Virus record (IMG/VR): IMGVR_UViG_3300043400_000009
Location: 1-28,200 of that record
Source of the DNA: a virus
Lineage: Duplodnaviria > Caudoviricetes
Length of the DNA: 28,200 nucleotides
Direction: 5' to 3' (one strand)
Position 1 is the first letter of the stretch; every line of letters begins with the position of its first letter. A program made the position numbers and the translations under genes. The notes under the pieces were generated by a model that ran no database searches, was not told the DNA's origin, and saw nothing but the letters and a program-made list of their open reading frames with translations. Shown in pieces: positions 16,034 through 24,141 of the stretch.

Positions 16034-16613
16034 CTGTAATCTCCTTTTTCTTTTTCTTGGTTAGCTCCACGGAGCCATCCAGAAGATTGCCTTTAATTTG
16101 CTTGACGTTCTTCGACAGGAGAGACTGGATCATCGTGCGTAGCTTCTCCCGCATAGCCACACCGTCGCTGTGAGACATGTTCTCACCGCCTACATTCAAA
16201 GCATTGATCGTCACGTCGCCAGAGATGGCCATGGACGAAGTTCCACCAAGATCCGAAGCGTCGATACCAGCACGGTTGAGAACGTCATTGGCGATAGCCA
16301 ACTGCTGATCTGTAGGCGGTTCGACGGCTGAGCCATCAGCTAGCTTCTCACCAGCGAACAAAGCTCTTCGGCGGATGTTGAGAGCCTGGGCAACCATCCT
16401 GCTGTTATCCAGGACGCCCAAGAATTTAACGCGATCAACGATTCCTTCGCGGTCTTGGAACGATTCATTGATAGCCTTGAGTTCACGCATTACGTCTGAA
16501 CGACGCATGAACTCTTCGCGCTTACGCTTGTCCCATCCCTTTTCTATAAGGACGTGCTCGCCTGTAGTGGCGATCTGGCGTACTAGCTGTTTATCTTCTG
16601 TACTAAGTGCCAT
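16011..16613 (-). CDS. Putative terminase small subunit
   Basis: Helical 200-aa ORF overlapping the terL start; A.DVLNRAG motif; call based mainly on position. Confidence 0.5.
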   Translation of the reverse strand: MALSTEDKQLVRQIATTGEHVLIEKGWDKRKREEFMRRSDVMRELKAINESFQDREGIVDRVKFLGVLDNSRMVAQALNIRRRALFAGEKLADGSAVEPPTDQQLAIANDVLNRAGIDASDLGGTSSMAISGDVTINALNVGGENMSHSDGVAMREKLRTMIQSLLSKNVKQIKGNLLDGSVELTKKKKKEITDVEAEDD

Positions 16614-16627
16614 TCAGGCATTCCTAG

Positions 16628-16640
16628 CAAACAGTGTTTG
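16628..16640. promoter_or_regulatory. Palindromic motif (G)CAAACAGTGTTTG(C)
   Basis: Intergenic, upstream of the packaging genes. Confidence 0.72.
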
Positions 16641-16658
16641 CGTTGATGTGATGTAAGC

Positions 16659-17240
16659 TCATTTTGCCTTCAAACCATATAAAGCTAAACAAAGGCTGTC
16701 GGCCCTGCCATCGCTAGGAGTACGACAACGAGGCGGAATCAAATTGGCTCTGGGCCATTTGTCTTTGCAGAACCTGATAGTAGCTTTTTTACCCGCTTTC
16801 TTTTCTTCTGCTTTCTGAGCTGTCGTTTTTTTAGCTCCACCTTTAACCCGCTTCTTCACTTCTGGAATATAGCCTTTTAGAATTAGTCGCTTCCAAGATT
16901 GTGGTCTAACCAGCTCATACCGGAGACGTGATCCAGCAACGGCCCCTTGGAGCAACCCCCACCCAGCCCCAAATGTAAACCCGGACACCGAGCCTTGGCC
17001 TGGCATTGATCCTACAAGTTCAATTACAACAGGAGCTATATTCCAATTTTTCTCTTTCGCATCAACACGTAACTGGCGCATGATAGCAGCCACACCAAAT
17101 GGATCGACTGCATTCTTCTTTCCCATCTTACGAGTGGGCATGTCCCATAACCCAATGACTCTCGACTTTGAGTCTATGGCGGCTATGCCACCCGACAAAC
17201 CGGGGTCACAACCAATATAAATTGTATTCACCGGTTCCAT
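16659..17240 (-). CDS. ruvC: RuvC-like Holliday junction resolvase
   Basis: IGCDPGLSGGIA, VIE.V..MPGQG..S.FTFG, V.PQ.WK, DGRADSL. Confidence 0.85.
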   Translation of the reverse strand: MEPVNTIYIGCDPGLSGGIAAIDSKSRVIGLWDMPTRKMGKKNAVDPFGVAAIMRQLRVDAKEKNWNIAPVVIELVGSMPGQGSVSGFTFGAGWGLLQGAVAGSRLRYELVRPQSWKRLILKGYIPEVKKRVKGGAKKTTAQKAEEKKAGKKATIRFCKDKWPRANLIPPRCRTPSDGRADSLCLALYGLKAK

Positions 17241-17249
17241 AGCATTTTA

Positions 17250-17277
17250 ACACTAGAAACCGGCCTACCTGAGTCAA
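17250..17277 (-). promoter_or_regulatory. Possible sigma70-like promoter TTGACT-N16-TAGTGT
   Basis: Located just upstream of the ruvC-like ATG. Confidence 0.35.
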
Positions 17278-17927
17278 TAGCTGTTGTACTCGTTTTTAAG
17301 TTTAAGCCCAAGACGGTGAGCGATCCACGTAGCCACTTCCATCTTTGTTCTACCATACGTGTTAAGGCAGTTGGGGTCTTGCTTATCAAATAAAGTCATC
17401 CAGCACGCATGTTGCCTACGAATATTGTCTTCTCCTTTGTATCGCTCATGGCTTCTAGGGCTACTAAGCTCACGTTCCCTGAACCGCGTGAGAGTAATAT
17501 CCAAATCCGTATATAAAATCAGAGCTTTCTGTTCTCCTGTAATATTGTCAGCCATGCGCGTCGTGGCATCAATAACTTCACGGGGGACACCACCGAGTAA
17601 ATGTTGGTAAACAATAGTAGAAAGTAGACCACGATCCTGGATTACTGAGACACCACTATCAAGCAGTACTTTAGTTTCGTGCGCAGCCTGCATCCGGTCA
17701 GCGCAAAAAAGAAGAGCTTGAGCTTCAGGGCAGATTGAGACAGCACGATCAAATATGAGCGGTCGTAGACGCTCACCTAGGGGCGTAAACCCCGGCTGCC
17801 GAGTAACAAGGAGTGGCATATCAACCATGCCTTTGAGCGTGTCCAAGGACGACGACTTCCCCGCGCACTCCGGACCATCAACATAGGCATAGACTGGCTT
17901 ATTGGCTGATAACACGAGAAACTCCAT
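17274..17927 (-). CDS. tmk: Thymidylate kinase
   Basis: DGPECAGKSS, TRQPG, LLF.ADR, VIQDR...ST.VYQ. Confidence 0.88.
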   Translation of the reverse strand: MEFLVLSANKPVYAYVDGPECAGKSSSLDTLKGMVDMPLLVTRQPGFTPLGERLRPLIFDRAVSICPEAQALLFCADRMQAAHETKVLLDSGVSVIQDRGLLSTIVYQHLLGGVPREVIDATTRMADNITGEQKALILYTDLDITLTRFRERELSSPRSHERYKGEDNIRRQHACWMTLFDKQDPNCLNTYGRTKMEVATWIAHRLGLKLKNEYNSY

Positions 17928-19773
17928 TTCTCTTTTCTACGACTATAGTCTTATCCATCTGTTCTTTGAGTCTATCGTCGTGGGTAATTAGATATACCGT
18001 AGAGTCAGGAAATTCGCTACGAAGAAGCGCGGCTACCCCTGAAGTCCCTGAACTATCCATCCCATCAAATACTTCATCCAGGAATATCTGTTGAAATGAA
18101 TGTGTTAGACGGGTAGCCATGAGCTGACGAATAGCTAGGAGAACGCAGACATCAATTCTGGCACGTTCGCCCGTACTCTGCGTCTTGTACGACCCGCCAC
18201 CAAACTGATTGTCCACAACAACACCAAGCTGCTGCCCACCACGACTACCGCGTCCGCCCTCTACGGTAGGATCAAAGTGTACGGTCGTCGCCCCATCAGT
18301 GAGTATAGAGACCATTCTTTGCAATGCTTCATTCAAGAACGGGATACTGTTGTCAATAAGGAAAGACGGTATTCCCTGCTTACCAAAACCCGCTACCCAG
18401 TACTCATACAAGGACAAATCAGCCTTGGCACGTTCAGCCTTCTCCGCCGCTGTCTTGGCAGTCATCTCTGCTGTCGCCAGATCGTCCCGGCATCGCTGAA
18501 GCTGCTCGATATAGGGGTTTGATTCCGCCTGCTCAACCATACGGGCGTACTCTGATTGTGCGCTGTCTCTCTTAGTCTTGATTATTTCGAGATCTGATTT
18601 CAGACTATCAAATGCAGCTTGTTTCTCGCCCATGGAGGGTTCATTGTCCTCGTGAGCAGCAAGAGCACCCTTGGCCTTCTGCGTAAGGCTTTCTGCTCTG
18701 GACAGAGTATTATTTGCTACTGCGTGATTCTCTAGTGCAGTAGCAAGGGCATTCTTCCGAGCTTGAATAATGGACTTGGTACTAGAATTAGCAATCCACT
18801 CCTGCCCACATGTCGGGCACTCGTCAGGATGGTCATCGGACTGAGCATGCTTAAGATCCTGCTTCGCTTTGGTTAGCTCACTGTTGGCAACTGCGAGAAC
18901 TGCCGCTGCATCTTTCTCTTCAAATATAAGCCGGTCAATTTTGGCTTTATGTTGCTTCGTTAAGCTTTGCCAAGTTCTGTATTCTTCCTCGTAGACTTGT
19001 CCCTCTTCAGCAGCTTCAATACCAAGCTCACCAAGCTTCTCGTACCCCTCAACCAAAGACTCGTTAAGACTGTACAGTTTGCTCATTGCAGCGAAGCATT
19101 CTCCAGCCATGCGAGCGGAGAAATTCTCGTAGTCTTCCTGCAACTTAACCAAACGGTCGGCACAAGTTATTCTTGTGTTCTCGGACTCCTCCCGGCGGGC
19201 TTCCATCTTGGCTACAACGTCTCGGCAGTCCTTGGCTTTCTCTGCGGCTAAATCTCTGGCTTTGGCGTAGTCATCTAATCCGAGAAGCTTTTCAAGAGCT
19301 TCCTTCTTCTCGGAATCCTGTAGCTTGCAGAAAGATGAGACTGAACCACCGAACGCGATGACGCGAGTCCACAGATGATAGTCGATACCAAGCATGGCCT
19401 CGACTGTTTCCTGCTTACCCTCAACAGTACCCCCCGCCAATCCGGAAACGGTAAGAGTGGCTTTGTTGGCTCTACGAGTTCTATGGATGGTTACGTGCTT
19501 ACCGTTGGCTAGTTCAACCACTAATACTACATCGGCTTCGCCGGTCTGCCGGTTGCAAACATCGTTTGCGTTGTCGGTTTCTTGGACGCACTTACCAAAC
19601 AAGCACCAACATGGCGCGTCAATAACGGATGCGCTTTTGGCTGCCCCGTTCGAGTCTGCGCCAGAGCCTACAACTCGGCCTTCAACGCCGATAAGTCCTG
19701 AGTGCTTGGAGAAATCAATGCTAGTATCCCTGAGCGACTTGAACGACCCGATAGTTATTTTAATTAGGCGCAT
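17899..19773 (-). CDS. sbcC: SbcC/Rad50 (gp46-like) ATPase
   Basis: SFKS, SNGAAKS, coiled coil with CPTCG zinc hook, STGE signature, FLDEVFDGMD, ITH. Confidence 0.92.
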   Translation of the reverse strand: MRLIKITIGSFKSLRDTSIDFSKHSGLIGVEGRVVGSGADSNGAAKSASVIDAPCWCLFGKCVQETDNANDVCNRQTGEADVVLVVELANGKHVTIHRTRRANKATLTVSGLAGGTVEGKQETVEAMLGIDYHLWTRVIAFGGSVSSFCKLQDSEKKEALEKLLGLDDYAKARDLAAEKAKDCRDVVAKMEARREESENTRITCADRLVKLQEDYENFSARMAGECFAAMSKLYSLNESLVEGYEKLGELGIEAAEEGQVYEEEYRTWQSLTKQHKAKIDRLIFEEKDAAAVLAVANSELTKAKQDLKHAQSDDHPDECPTCGQEWIANSSTKSIIQARKNALATALENHAVANNTLSRAESLTQKAKGALAAHEDNEPSMGEKQAAFDSLKSDLEIIKTKRDSAQSEYARMVEQAESNPYIEQLQRCRDDLATAEMTAKTAAEKAERAKADLSLYEYWVAGFGKQGIPSFLIDNSIPFLNEALQRMVSILTDGATTVHFDPTVEGGRGSRGGQQLGVVVDNQFGGGSYKTQSTGERARIDVCVLLAIRQLMATRLTHSFQQIFLDEVFDGMDSSGTSGVAALLRSEFPDSTVYLITHDDRLKEQMDKTIVVEKRNGVSRVISQ

Positions 19774-19777
19774 CGGG

Positions 19778-19924
19778 CTATTCGCATGCCTTTTTTAGAA
19801 GATGAATTATCTCGTCTAGAGAAACGTATTTAGCGTCTGACCATAGGGCCTGCAAACACTTTGCCTTAGCTAGAATGCTTGGCTCAAGATATTCTCCAGG
19901 CTTTATTCCGCGGGCATAGTCCAC
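19778..19924 (-). CDS. Small hypothetical protein (48 aa)
   Basis: GTG start; fills the gap to sbcC. Confidence 0.35.
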   Translation of the reverse strand: MDYARGIKPGEYLEPSILAKAKCLQALWSDAKYVSLDEIIHLLKKACE

Positions 19925-20040
19925 CCCTTAGAAAACTGCGCACGTAATGTCTCTGCACTAAAAGACACCACAACAGAACCGTCGTTTATGCAGAAGTCTA
20001 TAGTTGGAGATTGGCCGTCCGGCAATTTAGAATCGTTCAT
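19903..20040 (-). CDS. Small hypothetical protein (45 aa)
   Basis: ATG 1 nt after the sbcD stop, with AGGAG Shine-Dalgarno. Confidence 0.4.
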   Translation of the reverse strand: MNDSKLPDGQSPTIDFCINDGSVVVSFSAETLRAQFSKGWTMPAE

Positions 20041-20041
20041 C

Positions 20042-21076
20042 TCAGGCTCCTATAAGTAGCTGCATTCCGATATTACAGAGCGTGGCCCTGTCTACCCCTT
20101 CCGGGACACCCTTATGATCGACGTACTTACTGAGCATTTTCTTGTTCTCTAAGCCAGTCAACTTTAGACGCTGCTTGATCTCTTGCACTGAACGCACTTC
20201 GGCAACTGCATCAGGAATCTCACCAGCAACATCTGATACTTGCTTGAGAAGAGCGTCATTTACAGCTTTAGATTTTCCTATGATCTTGATGTAATCAAAG
20301 CTACGAACTTCACTAATGTCCGACCCTTCTTCCACATCAATGAATCTTGGACTAAAGTTATTCTCAATAAACTTTAGCTTATCGGGGTACGCTAGGACAA
20401 AACCCTTTGTTTCATTTCGCTCACCACGCCCATGTTGGAGGGGAGAACCAACGTAACGGATGTAGGGCTCTTCGGAGACTACTTGTGGCTTATGGTAGTG
20501 ACCGAGAGCCACCCACTTAATATTCTTAGGCACAATACCCTCAAGACGAATGTGTCCTGGAATCTCAATTGAACTAGGACCAAGCTGTGCGCCGTCTATC
20601 CCGATATGCCCAACAAGATTGCTTGCCCCGGCTTTCACTAATTTATTAATAATTCCTTTGAGCTTTTCTTGGTCATCAACCCAAGGGATAAAACCAACTT
20701 TGGTGCCTTCAAGATCGACAACTTGCGGCTTATCCAGAATGTGCGCTAGTCCGGACAGAGCGGATACTGAGCAGTGATCTGATGTGTTGTTGAGATCGTG
20801 ATTACCGACCAGCAGATATTTTTCTAGCCTAGGATGGGAAGCTAGGACATGCGCCGTCATGTCTAGAACCATAGTCGGTACTTCTCTGCGGACGTGAAAC
20901 AGATCACCAGCGACGATGAACTTCTTAGCTCCTGACTTTTCTGTCTCGGTCATCATCCAGTCCAGAGTTTCGACTATTCTTCGGAGTCTGGAATTTACCC
21001 CATTCTCGTCCACCCGAGCATACTGACTAAAATTATGAGAATGAACGTCAGCAGTTATTCCGGCGAATGGCTTCAC
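20042..21076 (-). CDS. sbcD: SbcD/Mre11 (gp47-like) nuclease
   Basis: ADVH, AGDLFH, VGNHD, GH, LGHYH, YVGSP. Confidence 0.93.
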   Translation of the reverse strand: MKPFAGITADVHSHNFSQYARVDENGVNSRLRRIVETLDWMMTETEKSGAKKFIVAGDLFHVRREVPTMVLDMTAHVLASHPRLEKYLLVGNHDLNNTSDHCSVSALSGLAHILDKPQVVDLEGTKVGFIPWVDDQEKLKGIINKLVKAGASNLVGHIGIDGAQLGPSSIEIPGHIRLEGIVPKNIKWVALGHYHKPQVVSEEPYIRYVGSPLQHGRGERNETKGFVLAYPDKLKFIENNFSPRFIDVEEGSDISEVRSFDYIKIIGKSKAVNDALLKQVSDVAGEIPDAVAEVRSVQEIKQRLKLTGLENKKMLSKYVDHKGVPEGVDRATLCNIGMQLLIGA

Positions 21077-21273
21077 AGTATCTCCCGTATCCTCCTTAGT
21101 TGATCGGCAGTAAATTCGCCGTCAATAACTATTGCAGGGGTGCCCCCTAACCACCCATACTCTTCAGATAGCCTCTCCGTAATAGCAGCATAACCGTTAC
21201 CACTGAGTACAGATTTTATAAGCGGAAGAACTTTCTCTAGATATTGTTTATCAGTGGCGTCTTTAGCGTTCAT
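21073..21273 (-). CDS. Hypothetical protein
   Basis: ATGA-coupled on both sides; IDGEFTADQLR motif. Confidence 0.65.
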   Translation of the reverse strand: MNAKDATDKQYLEKVLPLIKSVLSGNGYAAITERLSEEYGWLGGTPAIVIDGEFTADQLRRIREIL

Positions 21274-21596
21274 TCAAATTCTTCTAATGGCTTCGGTGGG
21301 CGCAGCTTCTTTGGGACTATTGACGGTTCAATCTTGTCATTGGCTTGCTCAACGCTCTGAGCAAGATCCATGAGCTTCTTAGAGTTCTTCTTCAACGCCT
21401 CAATAAGATGGCTCATCTTGGCCGTCGCATTGCGACTGTCGGGACCGAACACAACGCTGGCGTACCCCTTGTCCTGCCCAGCAGCGATGTCCACTCGCCA
21501 ACGTTTGGACTTGTGGTCATACCAAGCGTAGGCTTCTCCGCCAACTCCGTCGAGAATTACTCTATGTGACTTACCGTCAGTTAGATTTAGTAGCAT
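21270..21596 (-). CDS. Hypothetical protein
   Basis: Coupled ORF in the operon. Confidence 0.65.
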   Translation of the reverse strand: MLLNLTDGKSHRVILDGVGGEAYAWYDHKSKRWRVDIAAGQDKGYASVVFGPDSRNATAKMSHLIEALKKNSKKLMDLAQSVEQANDKIEPSIVPKKLRPPKPLEEFE

Positions 21597-21780
21597 GTGG
21601 GTAGTGCTCCCAGCTGAGGCGCTTGCTTATGTAGTTTCTTTGACGACGAACTATTTGAGGATCTGCGCTGGGATCACAGCCTGGATCGTATACTAGAGCT
21701 TCACGGATAGCTTTGGATGTCTCCGCTGCAAAGCGAGTTTTGTTGGCGTCACGCCAGCGAATAATATCCTCGAAGTTCAT
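21577..21780 (-). CDS. Hypothetical protein
   Basis: Coupled ORF in the operon. Confidence 0.55.
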   Translation of the reverse strand: MNFEDIIRWRDANKTRFAAETSKAIREALVYDPGCDPSADPQIVRRQRNYISKRLSWEHYPHATKSN

Positions 21781-21860
21781 AACTCGGGAACGTCTGGCAG
21801 TAGAATAGGGTTTCTCTGATCTGTAAAATCTCTCTTAAATAGACACGGCGTCTTTTTCAC
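21777..21860 (-). pseudogene. 27-aa remnant resembling the MKK.P.LF.RDF N-terminus of a phage RNA-ligase-like family
   Basis: MKKTPCLFKRDFTDQRNPILLPDVPEL*; GTGA and ATGA overlaps at the ends; GAGGAG Shine-Dalgarno. Confidence 0.35.
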
Positions 21861-22132
21861 GCGCAATACTCCTCGTTACCAGCAAGGCCAGCTGCGAAAG
21901 CTAAAGCCAATGGATCTGTATTTGTAATACCGAGATCTTGGCACCATGATTCAACTGTGGGGCGCTGCAAAATAGAGCCTCCCTGTGACCGTGTTTTTCG
22001 TGCCATATTAAAATAGTACTTACCCATTATAAATGCAGTCTTAGTAGTTTTTTCTGGGCGTAAGTATAGTCCTGTGGCGTCATCGTATCTTATTGGTTTA
22101 CCATCTGGTAACGTGGTATTGTGAATAGTCAT
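21857..22132 (-). CDS. Hypothetical protein
   Basis: AGGAG Shine-Dalgarno plus ATG. Confidence 0.65.
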   Translation of the reverse strand: MTIHNTTLPDGKPIRYDDATGLYLRPEKTTKTAFIMGKYYFNMARKTRSQGGSILQRPTVESWCQDLGITNTDPLALAFAAGLAGNEEYCA

Positions 22133-22356
22133 GAGTTTTCTCCTGCAAGCTCTATTACGGTGCCCTCGTCATGAGGCCCATAAAAACATAGCGTTGAACT
22201 ATAAGTAAAAGTTATTAGGCACTAATTACTACAAATTATTTTATTTTCAGTGTTTAGTAAATTTTGGTTTTCTTCTCGCGAGATAGGTCTACCCATGTAG
22301 TCGGTAGTAAAATCGACCGGTGCGATGGTCTTACCGGTGCAGTCATTAAGTTTCAT
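22129..22356 (-). pseudogene. Small gene with in-frame TAG at 22222-22224
   Basis: MKLNDCTGKTIA...ICSN*CLITFTYSSTL...GENS*; ATGA overlaps at both ends. Confidence 0.55.
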
Positions 22357-22652
22357 TGCTTGTCCTTCAAAAGAAAATTGAGGGCTGCTTCCCAGCCTGC
22401 TTCGTAATGCCGCTGTTGGTCGTCTGTCCAGGATTCCTGCTTATGCATACGTTCAAGGAGATTGTAGTCCTTACACGTAATATCTACGGTGAGCCCATCT
22501 TCCTGAAGCGGGACTTCTATAAAGCGATCCTTGATACCGAGAACATTGTTAATATGATTAATAAAAGTCTCGGCGTAACCGCCAAGTCCCTCATATCGTA
22601 GCAGTCGGCTATTAAGATCGTCCATCTGCTCTTTATTCAGTTTAATGCTCAT
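22353..22652 (-). CDS. Hypothetical protein
   Basis: ATGA-coupled to the exonuclease gene. Confidence 0.65.
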   Translation of the reverse strand: MSIKLNKEQMDDLNSRLLRYEGLGGYAETFINHINNVLGIKDRFIEVPLQEDGLTVDITCKDYNLLERMHKQESWTDDQQRHYEAGWEAALNFLLKDKQ

Positions 22653-23620
22653 TGCCCGATTCTTGCTGCCACGTCAGCGAATGCCTTGGAAAATGACTGC
22701 CATTCCATAGTCAAGGATTTGAACCCAAGCTTGGTGCATTGCTTCTTGGCCGACTTCTCATCCCAGATACCTTCATAGATTTCGATGGTGTCAATAGCTT
22801 CTTTGGCATTCTTCAAATGCATAGCTTTGAAGTAGTCAGCCAGAGCTTCCTTACCGGCAATAATCTTGGTTACCGCCGCAGGCACTTTTTTCAACGTCCT
22901 AGCTTTTCGCTCCAGAATGCGGCAGAACTTCTTGGGCACATTGATGCCCTCTAAGCCACACTGCTCCACGAGCTTATTGAACGTGCCCTCGCCAACCCCA
23001 CGGATACCGGGTATATTATCTGACTTATCGCCTGACACCGCACGGCACAGGACGTAATTATCTGCTGGCCGGTCTACAAACTCCAATTTATTAGGATTGT
23101 AGACGCGGGCACCCTTCAAGCATAGTTGCCAGAGATCGTGATCTCCGGAGAGAATGGTGAACTTCTCCTCTGGGTAACGATAGACAAGTGACCCAATAAC
23201 ATCATCAGCTTCCCAATTACGAGCACTGACAACATGGACGCCAAACGTATTCATGAGCTTGTGGCAGTAGTCCAACTGCGAAAGATAGTCTTCGTGAATC
23301 TTCTCTGCCTTGGCGTCACGCTTCTCTTTGCGGTGAGCTTTGTACCCGTCGCCATCTTCTGCGTGCCTATTGACAGCTTCAACTCGGAAAGCCGGTCGGC
23401 CTGCGTCCTTGACAAAAATGATCGACTTAAATTTACCCATGAGCAGCATGCGCTTAACTTCTTTAAGCGCACCAAAAAGAGCACCGGACGGTCTGCCGTC
23501 AGGACCGGTCAACTGGGAGAACGCATGCCCTGCACGAGCCATCGCATTATTTCCGTCTACGACTAGAACTAAACCATTAGTTCCTGGGTAAATTATGTCG
23601 TCAGTCTTGAGCGTTGGCAT
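22649..23620 (-). CDS. 5'-3' exonuclease / flap endonuclease (PolI N-domain, T4 RNase H-like)
   Basis: VVDGNN, YKAHR, EADDVIG, SGDHDL.QL, GDKSDNIPGI.GVG; ATG at 23620 (TAATG overlap). Confidence 0.92.
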   Translation of the reverse strand: MPTLKTDDIIYPGTNGLVLVVDGNNAMARAGHAFSQLTGPDGRPSGALFGALKEVKRMLLMGKFKSIIFVKDAGRPAFRVEAVNRHAEDGDGYKAHRKEKRDAKAEKIHEDYLSQLDYCHKLMNTFGVHVVSARNWEADDVIGSLVYRYPEEKFTILSGDHDLWQLCLKGARVYNPNKLEFVDRPADNYVLCRAVSGDKSDNIPGIRGVGEGTFNKLVEQCGLEGINVPKKFCRILERKARTLKKVPAAVTKIIAGKEALADYFKAMHLKNAKEAIDTIEIYEGIWDEKSAKKQCTKLGFKSLTMEWQSFSKAFADVAARIGQ

Positions 23621-23877
23621 TATTTGACTTTCAGTACGTAGCGTACGCGACCGGTAGACTTTATGTTGGAACCCCATCCAGCCATATACTCTTCTTTGAC
23701 TAACGTCTTGATTCTCTTTTTAGCATAGCTGTCGTCTAAGACCACGAAGCCATCACCAGGCGAGGACAAGACGTATTTGTACATAGCATCAGGATTGTCC
23801 TCAATATACGCTCCTCGCTTAAGTTCTCGGGTAACGTCGATGGGTGTCCACTCTTTGTCAATGTCTGCAAAAGCCAT
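23620..23877 (-). CDS. Hypothetical protein (85 aa)
   Basis: ATG at 23877 with AGGA Shine-Dalgarno; the longer track start overlaps the tRNA-like gene. Confidence 0.65.
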   Translation of the reverse strand: MAFADIDKEWTPIDVTRELKRGAYIEDNPDAMYKYVLSSPGDGFVVLDDSYAKKRIKTLVKEEYMAGWGSNIKSTGRVRYVLKVK

Positions 23878-23894
23878 AATTATTCCTAGTGTGC

Positions 23895-23973
23895 TGGCGA
23901 CGGCGGTGGGAGTCGAACCCACATTGATCCATTTACGATGCTACCGGGTAGAAGCCGGGGTCGGTACGCCGTC
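23895..23973 (-). tRNA. Non-canonical D-armless tRNA-like RNA, anticodon UCU (Arg), 79 nt
   Basis: Acceptor GACGGCG/CGCCGTC plus G-CCA; T arm GTGGG-TTCGACT-CCCAC; anticodon arm CCGG-CTTCTAC-CCGG. Confidence 0.75.
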
Positions 23974-23976
23974 AGT

Positions 23977-24073
23977 TGGTAGGGGCGGTGGGAGTCGAAC
24001 CCACATTGACGCTATTAAGCAATCGCCACCAGTTACGGTACTCCGCTTTATAAGAACGGGCCGGTACACCCCC
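23977..24073 (-). tRNA. Non-canonical D-armless tRNA-like RNA, anticodon UAU (Ile), 97 nt
   Basis: Acceptor GGGGGTG/CGCCCCT plus A-CCA; same T arm; anticodon arm CCGTT-CTTATAA-AGCGG. Confidence 0.75.
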
Positions 24074-24082
24074 GACAAAGTG

Positions 24083-24110
24083 GGCCGGTTATCCCAACGA
24101 ACAACCGGCC
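24083..24110 (-). other. 12-bp hairpin ahead of the tRNA-like pair (terminator or processing element)
   Basis: GGCCGGTTGTTC-GTTG-GGATAACCGGCC followed by CACTTTGT. Confidence 0.55.
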
Positions 24111-24120
24111 AACTACAACT

Positions 24121-24133
24121 CAAACAGTGTTTA
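24121..24133. promoter_or_regulatory. Palindromic motif variant CAAACAGTGTTTA
   Basis: 12/13 match; upstream of the tRNA-like genes. Confidence 0.6.
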
Positions 24134-24141
24134 CTAAACGA

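Noticed and set aside
23895-23973. Reading the UCU RNA as an amber (CUA) suppressor to explain the in-frame TAGs
   Set aside because: A CUA register breaks the anticodon stem and puts C at position 37; the UCU register fits with U33 and A37.
23902-24009. 26-bp direct repeat as a CRISPR array or att site
   Set aside because: It is the shared T arm/acceptor sequence of the two tRNA-like genes; only two copies and no cas genes.
23620-24123. Track ORF 23941-24123 and the N-terminal extensions to 23922 and 23677
   Set aside because: They overlap the tRNA-like genes or the upstream CDS; better starts exist at 23877 and 23620.
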